Shown here one piece after another: positions 57,467-64,000 of a DNA stretch of 64,000 bases. The stretch covers positions 1,056,001 to 1,120,000 of the forward strand of contig CAWJCS010000002.1 of the NCBI GenBank assembly GCA_963841435.1. The letters are read 5' to 3'. The position numbers were made by a program, and so were the translations under genes. The notes under the pieces were generated by a model. That model did no database searches. It was given only the letters and a program-made list of their open reading frames with translations, and was not told the DNA's origin. Positions within the stretch are counted from its first letter, which is position 1. Every line of letters starts with the position of its first letter. The DNA is from an uncultured delta proteobacterium (GTDB taxonomy: Bacteria; Myxococcota_A; Polyangia; Polyangiales; Polyangiaceae).

Positions 57467-58597
57467 ATGCCCTTCGATCACGCTCCGGCCCCCGAGCGCG
57501 CGCTCCGGGTCGCCGTGGTCGGCGTCGGGCAGCGGGGCCAGGCGTACGCGCGCGCTCTCACGACGGGTGAGGTGCCGGGCGCCAAGCTCGTGGCCGTCGC
57601 CGACCCGGACCCCGCCGCCCGGGGGCGCTTTGAAAACGCCCAGGCGTTCGCCGGCGTGACGGAGCTCGCCGACGCCGGCGTGGCCGACGCCTGGGTGGTC
57701 GCGTCGCCGCCGCTCAATCATGTCCCCGCGGCGCTCGCGGCTTTCGGCTGCGGGGCGCACCTCTTGCTCGAAAAGCCCCTCGCGACGAGCGTCACCGGGT
57801 GCCACGCGCTGCTCGCCGCGCACGAAGGGGCGCCGGCGCTTTCGTTTTCGACCGTGCTCCCGCTCAGGGCCGATCGCCGCTACCTCGCGTTGCGCGCGCG
57901 TCTGAGGGACGGCTCGCTCGGGCGCGTGCGCCGCGTGGTCTGGACGGTCACGGACTGCTTTCGCAGCGACGCGTACTACCTGGCTTCGCCCTGGCGCACC
58001 GAGCACGGCGGCGGCGTGCTCCTCAATCAAGCCCTCCACCAGCTCGATCTGCTTTCGTGGCTGTTCGGCATGCCCGTCCGGGTTCGGGCCGTCGCGCACG
58101 CGCGGAGCGAGGTGGCGCCCGGCGTCGAAGCGGAGGTTCGCGCCGTGCTCGAGCTCGAGGGTGGTGCGAGCGCGGAGTTTCTCGCGAGCACGGCGCGCGC
58201 AGCGGGGGTGAATCGTCTCGAGGTCGTGACGGATCGCGCGCGCGTCTCGGTCGAGGGCGACGAGCTTCGTATCGACCGCGGAGCGTGCGACACCGCTGGA
58301 ATGGCGCCCGGTGCGCAGGCGAGCCGCGATGTCGAGCGACTCGGCTTGCCCGCGGGCGGCACCTGGCCCGCTGACGAGCTCAGAGCGTTCGTCGCCGCGG
58401 CTCGGAGGCTCGCGCCGGCCCTCACGCCGGCCGTGGACGGCATCGCCAGCGTGCTCATCGCCGAAGCCATGCTCGCGTCGAGCGCCGAGGGGCGTGCCAT
58501 CGAGCTGCCGCCGAGCGCGCAGGTGCCCGGTGAGCGCCCGCTCACCCTCGGGTTTTTCCCGATCGAAAGCGGAGCCGAGCGGCATGTAGCTTCATGA
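57467..58597 (+). CDS. Gfo/Idh/MocA family oxidoreductase
   Basis: RVAVVGVGQRG, LLEKPL, YYLASPWR, GGGVLLNQALHQLDL. Confidence 0.88.
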   Translation: MPFDHAPAPERALRVAVVGVGQRGQAYARALTTGEVPGAKLVAVADPDPAARGRFENAQAFAGVTELADAGVADAWVVASPPLNHVPAALAAFGCGAHLLLEKPLATSVTGCHALLAAHEGAPALSFSTVLPLRADRRYLALRARLRDGSLGRVRRVVWTVTDCFRSDAYYLASPWRTEHGGGVLLNQALHQLDLLSWLFGMPVRVRAVAHARSEVAPGVEAEVRAVLELEGGASAEFLASTARAAGVNRLEVVTDRARVSVEGDELRIDRGACDTAGMAPGAQASRDVERLGLPAGGTWPADELRAFVAAARRLAPALTPAVDGIASVLIAEAMLASSAEGRAIELPPSAQVPGERPLTLGFFPIESGAERHVAS

Positions 58598-58772
58598 GGC
58601 ACACGCCCTTACACGCCTGCTCACTCTTGACTCGCTCTCGCTTCTGACCCGCGGGTGACACGTGCGCGGTAGACGAGACTAGCCGAGCGTCGCTCGCGCT
58701 CGCACGCAAGGTAGCTCGATCGAGCGGCGCCGATGCTTGAAGGGGGCGTGGGAGCGAGTATGATCGAAGCTC

Positions 58773-59780
58773 GTGGCGCGACAACTTCTCAAGGCGTTCG
58801 CCGCCGCTGCCGCGGTCTTCGCCGCCTGCCAGGTTTACGATCCGACCGATCTGGTCGGCACCGCGGGCACTGTCGGAGCAAGCAGCGGGGCGCCCTCGGC
58901 CGGAAGCGCCGGCGTGAGCGGCTTCGGCGGCTCGACGGTCGGTGGGGGAGGCAGCGCTCAGTCGGGTGGCCTCGGCGGCGGCGAGAACCTTGCGGGTGAG
59001 ACGGGTTTCGAAGGCGGCGCGGCGGGCGAGGACGCGAGCGGCGGGAGCGCCGGCTCGGCCGTGGCGTCCGGGGGATCGGCGGGCAGCGGAACTGGTGCCA
59101 ATGCGGGCACGGGTGGCGCGGGCAACGGCGGCACCACGGCGAGCGGCGGAGCGGGCGTCGGTGGCGCCGGCATGGGTGGCACGAGCGGCACGAGCGCGGG
59201 CACGTCGGGCACGAGCGGCAGCGCCGGCATGGGTGGCACGAGCGGCAGCGCGGGCACCTCCGGCACGTCGGGTACGAGCGGCAGCGCGGGCGCCGGCGGC
59301 GCGGCCGGAACGGCTGGCTCGGCCGGCGCGGGGGCCGGAGGCACGGGCGGCGCGGGCGAGGTGGAGCTCGTCGGCACCGCCACGGCTGACAGCTCGCAAA
59401 ATGCCACCGGCAACGTGCACCCGCCCGGGCACGGCAACGACGGCGACCCGGCGACGCGCTGGTGCGCGGCCAACGCCAACACGGGTCATTACTGGACGGT
59501 CGACCTCGGCGCGTCGCACGCCCTCACGCGCCTCGAAATCTCCTGGGAATATCCCAGCCAGGCGGTAGGGTTGCCCTACCTGTACGTCGTCGGCGTCTCC
59601 AACGACGGCACGACCTTCACCACCGCGATCGACAAGAGCGCCAATATGGACGTGACGAACACCCAGAGCGTGGATTTTCCGGCCTCGACGTCGGGTCGCT
59701 ACGTGCGCATCACCATCACGGGCCTGCCGACGACGTCAACCTGGGCGAGCTTCTGGGAAGCAAGCGTGTTCGGGACGTGA
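58773..59780 (+). CDS. Lipoprotein with Gly/Ser/Thr linker and discoidin (F5/8 type C, CBM32-like) domain
   Basis: Lipobox FAAC; ATADSSQ..GNDGDPATRWCA..WTVDLG..GRYVRI..SFWEASVFG. Confidence 0.85.
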   Translation: MARQLLKAFAAAAAVFAACQVYDPTDLVGTAGTVGASSGAPSAGSAGVSGFGGSTVGGGGSAQSGGLGGGENLAGETGFEGGAAGEDASGGSAGSAVASGGSAGSGTGANAGTGGAGNGGTTASGGAGVGGAGMGGTSGTSAGTSGTSGSAGMGGTSGSAGTSGTSGTSGSAGAGGAAGTAGSAGAGAGGTGGAGEVELVGTATADSSQNATGNVHPPGHGNDGDPATRWCAANANTGHYWTVDLGASHALTRLEISWEYPSQAVGLPYLYVVGVSNDGTTFTTAIDKSANMDVTNTQSVDFPASTSGRYVRITITGLPTTSTWASFWEASVFGT

Positions 59781-60010
59781 TGTTCCTTGCCCGCGTCATC
59801 GACCTCTACTCGCTCGTCGTGTTCGCGGCGGTCATCCTCTCGTGGATCCGCCTGTCGGACGACAATCCGCTCGTGCGCATCACGGCGGCGCTCACCGAGC
59901 CCTTGCTCGGCCCGATCCGCCGCCTGCTGCCGGACCTCGGCGGCATCGATTTTTCGCCGATGATCCTGCTCATCGCGCTCCGCTTTCTGCGGGGCGCCCT
60001 CTTGCGCTGA
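59780..60010 (+). CDS. yggT: YggT family membrane protein
   Basis: VILSWI..NPLVR..LTEPLLGPIRRLLPDLGGIDFSP; ATG overlaps the previous TGA. Confidence 0.9.
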   Translation: MFLARVIDLYSLVVFAAVILSWIRLSDDNPLVRITAALTEPLLGPIRRLLPDLGGIDFSPMILLIALRFLRGALLR

Positions 60011-60037
60011 GGGGGCCCGGGAGCCACCGCGGCGGAT

Positions 60038-61349
60038 TCAGCGCGGTACGATCACCGTCGGGCAGCCGTACGTGATCGTCACTTGTTCGGCGCCGCGGGT
60101 TTCCATCGCCTCACACGTTGCGCCCTTGAGCACGACCGTCGGCGGCGACGTTGAGCGATCGACGTCCCAGCCGTCGGCGCCCATCTGCGGAATTTCCGTG
60201 CCGTCGATGACGACGTTGAGAAGGCCCTCGTAGTTGGGGCTGTCGGGCGTCGAGGTGAGCTGGAGCCGGCAGCTCGTGATGAGGCCCTCGGTGATGCGCG
60301 TGAGCACCTCGGTGAGCCCCTCGGCGCCCGAGGAGCTCGTGACGCGGAAGTAGCTCGGCGGCGCGTCGGGGTTCGGCTCACCGCCCGCTTCGGCGAGCTT
60401 GTCGAGTGTCCCGGCGAAGAACTGCGAGCCGGGAATGCCCACGACGAAGGTCTTGATGCCGGCGTCGGCGAGCGCCGTCACCTCGTCGACGGTGCGATCC
60501 TCGTCGAGGCAGTTGATGGCGCCGTTGGGATCGATCATCGGATCGCAGCAGCTGCCGCCGCAGCCCGTTTCGGCCATGGTGTTTTCGAGGTTGATGGTGC
60601 AGCTGTCCTTGTCACACGCAAGGTCGGCGTTGCAGTTCGGGCCACCGTCGGTCGCGAGCAGCACGTAGCTCGTGCCCTCGAGCGACTTGCCGGCGCCGGT
60701 CGTGAGGTACTCGCGGGCGAGCTTCAGGGCGTCGGCCGTGGGTGTGCCGCCCGCCGGCGCGTACGTCGTGAAGGCATCGACGATCTGGGGAACCGTGCTG
60801 TCGCCCGGCCCCACGCCGACGAGCACGCCGCCATCCCTCGGGGTTTCGCAGGTGTCCGGCGTGTCCATCGGGTCATCGGCGAACGGGAAAAGCTCGAGAC
60901 CGAAGGACACGCGAGACGCCGCCTCGTCGAGTGCCGAGCCGAGGGCTGCGCCGAGCGCCGCCCAGCGACCCTCCGGGAACTCCGTGTCGATGCTCATGCT
61001 GCTCGACTTGTCGATGACGAGCAGCACGTTGACCCTGGGTCGCTCGGCCGCAAGCTCGCTCGAGCCGCAATCGGCTCCGCCTTCGCCGGACTGCCCACCC
61101 ATGTTGACGCTGATGCTCCCGCCCGAGCCGAGCGAGCCGGCGCCACCGCCGCGTGCTCCGCTGCCGCCCGTCCCGCTGCCGCCTCGGCCGGCGTTGGCAC
61201 TCGAGCCGCCGTCCGCACCGAGGCCGCTGCCGCTCGATCCCCCCGACCCCTTGGCCACGCTCGCTTCCCCGCGGCAGGCCTGTGTGGCCAGGACCGCGAC
61301 CAGCACGCCGAAGAGGCCGTGCTCGACTCCAAGAACGTCCGAGCTTCAT
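60038..61349 (-). CDS. vWA-domain lipoprotein (CglB-like); probable +1 frameshift in the signal peptide near 61334
   Basis: MIDAS IDKSSSM, GGTPT, LATDGGPNC; Cys-rich insert; Gly-rich linker after TQAC. ATG 61349 (MKLGR) reads into LGVEHGLFGVLVAVLATQAC if one T is dropped; otherwise the start is GTG 61306. Confidence 0.82.
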
Positions 61350-61392
61350 CGTCGGTTTCCCTGGTTTTACCCTTGGCGTCTCCCGGCTCTCA

Positions 61393-63084
61393 TCAGGGCG
61401 TGAAGTAGCGGCAGATGTTGCCGTTGCACGGCACGGCGTTGCAGCAGTCCGAGGCCTGCCCGCAGAGCTGACCGTACGACGCGCAGTTTCCGCCCGTCCC
61501 GCCGGTGCCGCCGGTTCCCGAGGTTCCGCCGGTGCCACCCGCGCCGCCGGTGCCGCTCGCGCCGCCGCCCGCGCCCGCTCCGGCGGTGCCGCCGGTGCCG
61601 CCCGTCCCGCCGGTGCCCCCCGGAGGCGTGCTGCAGATGCCCTGGACCGAGCCGGGGGGTCGGATGCACGTGCTGCCGGGACAGCAATCGCCGTTGATGC
61701 TGCAGGTGCCGCCAGCCATCACGCACTTGGGGTCGCCCGGTGGGATATCGGCGCAAACCAGCGCGCCCGTCGTGTCGGGGACGCACGGCAGCCCGTCGCA
61801 GCAGTCCGCGGCGGAGGCACACGTCTCGCCGCCAGCGCGGCACTCCGTACCGAGGCCGTTGCAGCGCGGCACGCCGAGTGCGTCGAGCTGGCACCCGTCC
61901 CTCATCGCGCCGAGCGCCCCGCAGCAGTTCGCGCGCGCGCTCGAAATGCTGCACGTGTAGTCCTGCATGTGGCAGACGTTGCCCTGTGGATTGCACGCGT
62001 TCGGATTGCGGCAGATGCCGCTCGTCTTGCCCTGCTCGATCACGCACGTGACGTGTCCGGCACCGGGCAGCCCGGAATCCGCGTCGCCGCCGCAGCAGTC
62101 CTCGTCGCGGCGGCAGAGGTCGCCCGTGACGTGGCAGCCGCTCGCGGGCTGACAGATGTCGCGGCCAGTGGGGCCCGGGGCGCACAGGCGGCTGCAGCAA
62201 TCGTTGCAGCCGTTGCAAACCATGCCGTTGACGCCGCTACAGAAGCTCGGCCCGTCGGGCGGCGCGGCGCAGGTGCCGACCGTCGCACCGCTCACCTTCA
62301 CGCACTCCGCGGTGCAGCAATCTTGGTCGCGCGAGCAGATGTCGCCTGGCTGGATGCACCACGACACGGCAAGCTCGCATTTGCCGCCCGCGCACGATTT
62401 CGAGCAACAGTCCGCGTCGTTGACGCAGTCGTTCCCGGACGTTTTGCACCTCGGGTTCAGCGGCTCGCAGGTCCCCCCCAGGCCGCAGGTGCCGCTGCAG
62501 CAGCTGCCGCCGCCCGTGCAGTCCTCGCCATCGGAGATGCACGCGCTCGCGTCGCACGTGGTGCCGTTGCAATTGAGGCCGCAGCAGTCCGTGGGAGAGC
62601 TGCAGCCGGCGCCCGGATCACCGCAGGAGGAAATCGCGGACTCGCACGCATCGGTCGCCGGGTTGCAGACGCCCGAGCAGCATTCGGCGCCGCCGGAACA
62701 AAGCTCGTCGAAGCCCTTGCAGGTCGGCCCGGTGCCCGCGCTCCCGCCGCTGGAGGCGCCCGCAGCCCCACCGTCCACGGCGCCCGCCTCGCCGCCGCTC
62801 GCCGTCGAGCCGCCGGTGGTTTGGGTGGTGCCGCCGTCGGCCCCGGCGCCGCCGCCCGTCGAGCTCGCCGACGATCCGCCCCGACCCGAGCCCGCCGAGG
62901 ACCCGCCGGTGCTCGACCCGCTGCTGCCGCTCTCGCCGCCGCTCGCGCTCGAGCCGCCCGCGCCGCCGCTCGTTTGCCCGGCTGTCCCGGCCCCGGGGCC
63001 TTTGCGGACGTCGTCCTTGCCGCCGCACGCGACGGCGACACCCACGCAGACCGACATTAGAGCCAGGATCGTCTTCAAGCGCAT
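61393..63084 (-). CDS. Cys-rich lipoprotein with tandem C-C-CC-C-C modules
   Basis: Lipobox AVAC, Gly/Ser linker, 11 CC-centred modules, e.g. CKGFDELCSGGAECCSGVCNPATDAC. Confidence 0.85.
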   Translation of the reverse strand: MRLKTILALMSVCVGVAVACGGKDDVRKGPGAGTAGQTSGGAGGSSASGGESGSSGSSTGGSSAGSGRGGSSASSTGGGAGADGGTTQTTGGSTASGGEAGAVDGGAAGASSGGSAGTGPTCKGFDELCSGGAECCSGVCNPATDACESAISSCGDPGAGCSSPTDCCGLNCNGTTCDASACISDGEDCTGGGSCCSGTCGLGGTCEPLNPRCKTSGNDCVNDADCCSKSCAGGKCELAVSWCIQPGDICSRDQDCCTAECVKVSGATVGTCAAPPDGPSFCSGVNGMVCNGCNDCCSRLCAPGPTGRDICQPASGCHVTGDLCRRDEDCCGGDADSGLPGAGHVTCVIEQGKTSGICRNPNACNPQGNVCHMQDYTCSISSARANCCGALGAMRDGCQLDALGVPRCNGLGTECRAGGETCASAADCCDGLPCVPDTTGALVCADIPPGDPKCVMAGGTCSINGDCCPGSTCIRPPGSVQGICSTPPGGTGGTGGTGGTAGAGAGGGASGTGGAGGTGGTSGTGGTGGTGGNCASYGQLCGQASDCCNAVPCNGNICRYFTP

Positions 63085-63139
63085 GAAAGACCTCGATGGG
63101 CGCGACTTGGGGCAAACGATGGGGTTCGCCCCCTCCTAG

Positions 63140-63226
63140 GTGGCAGCGGACCTGGTCGATTATCAGCCTGGTCCGGCTCGACGACACCGACGGGGCGTGC
63201 TGCCGCAGCGTGGATGCCGCTGCCAC
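63140..63226. repeat. Intergenic element bounded by perfect 10-bp inverted repeats
   Basis: GTGGCAGCGG (63140-63149) and CCGCTGCCAC (63217-63226). Confidence 0.55.
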
Positions 63227-64000
63227 TCAGGGACTCAGGGTCACGTTCGTGAGGACGAACACGTAGTCCTGGTAGTCCCCGTTCGACGCCTCTTCACCGC
63301 CGACGAGGTAGGCGTTTTGCACCAGCATTCCGTTGCCGTCGCGAAGCTTCCAGATCTTGACGCGGTGGGCGCCGTCGAAGCCCTCGGCGTCTTCACTGCT
63401 CAGCGTACCGACGCCTGCCGGCTGCATGAAGATGCCGAAGGCCGCAGAGCCGGGATCGAACGTCGTCGCGCCGCTCGCGAGCGGGGGCTCGAGCATCCTC
63501 GCCTTGTCGTTCGTTTGCGGGTCCGTCATGCGGGCGAGCGTGCCGACGACCGTGCGCGAGCTCGCGTTGCCGGGCACGTGGTAGCCGAACGGCACCTCGC
63601 CGGCCGGTGAGAAGCGCCCGATCGGAATCATGCTCACGGGCTGACCGGCGTCGGCTCGCACGAGCTTCGGCGCGGCGACCTCGTCGGTTCCAGCCTCGAC
63701 GCCCGGGAGCGTGCCGGGGTTCGGGTTCGCGTCGTTGCGGATCGCGGCCGGGACGTTGGAGTCCCAATCGGGGAACGCATCGAGGATCTGCCCGAGCGTG
63801 GGCTCGAGCTCGACGTACGTGAGGACGAGCGCGTAAAAGCGCACGGCGACCGCGCCGGCGCCGCCCGTCACGTCGAGATTGGCTTTCAAGACCGTGGCGC
63901 CGTCGTCCTGGGCCGGTGCGGCGCCGAGCCGAGCGTTGTCGGTGACGAGCCGGACGGTCACGTCGAGGTCCGCGCCGGCCGCGAGGTCGACGGGGAAGGC
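63227..64000 (-). CDS. Secreted/surface beta-rich protein, C-terminal part; N-terminus lies outside the window
   Basis: Frame is open to the right edge; Ig-like segment, EPTLGQIL, GRFSP, C-terminal GGEEASNGDYQDYVFVLTNV. Confidence 0.75.
   Translation of the reverse strand, partial: AFPVDLAAGADLDVTVRLVTDNARLGAAPAQDDGATVLKANLDVTGGAGAVAVRFYALVLTYVELEPTLGQILDAFPDWDSNVPAAIRNDANPNPGTLPGVEAGTDEVAAPKLVRADAGQPVSMIPIGRFSPAGEVPFGYHVPGNASSRTVVGTLARMTDPQTNDKARMLEPPLASGATTFDPGSAAFGIFMQPAGVGTLSSEDAEGFDGAHRVKIWKLRDGNGMLVQNAYLVGGEEASNGDYQDYVFVLTNVTLSP

Noticed and set aside
59100-59360. Short direct repeats (GCGCCGGCATGGGTGGCACGAGCGGCA twice) as a CRISPR or repeat element
   Set aside because: They encode the Gly/Ser/Thr linker of a lipoprotein; no spacers or cas genes. 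The same applies to the linkers at 45980-46260 and 61490-61620.

Overview
High-GC chromosomal window whose gene repertoire points to a myxobacterium, probably Polyangiaceae/Sorangiineae. The clues are Ser/Thr (pseudo)kinases, PEGA/TPR proteins, Gly-rich and Cys-rich lipoproteins and an MglA-like GTPase; the taxonomy is inferred, not tested. About 60 CDS are supported; I found no rRNA, tRNA, CRISPR array, transposase or integrase. Main blocks: (1) ECF sigma factor plus a large ZAS anti-sigma/FecR/VIT/vWA fusion, cut by the left edge; (2) housekeeping and signalling genes (corA, crcB, amtB, GAF-PAS-PAS-GGDEF, prfC, SulP, LysM proteins, two pseudokinases); (3) a ~17 kb surface-glycan cluster (GT4s, two GT-C enzymes, flippase, methyltransferases) interrupted by a lower-GC patch beside a truncated methyltransferase; (4) a sugar-acid locus with SDR-kdgK-uxaC next to a Ni transporter, a LarA-family nickel-pincer epimerase with intact cofactor ligands, and a Gfo/Idh/MocA oxidoreductase; (5) a surface-lipoprotein cluster (discoidin, CglB-like vWA, and a protein with 11 tandem knottin-framework modules). 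Three clear and one probable single-base frameshifts are most likely assembly errors. Best novelty candidates: the Ni-pincer hexuronate branch, the ECF/anti-sigma-VIT-vWA receptor, the poly-knottin lipoprotein, and an unannotated 41-aa ORF behind a sigma-54-type promoter.
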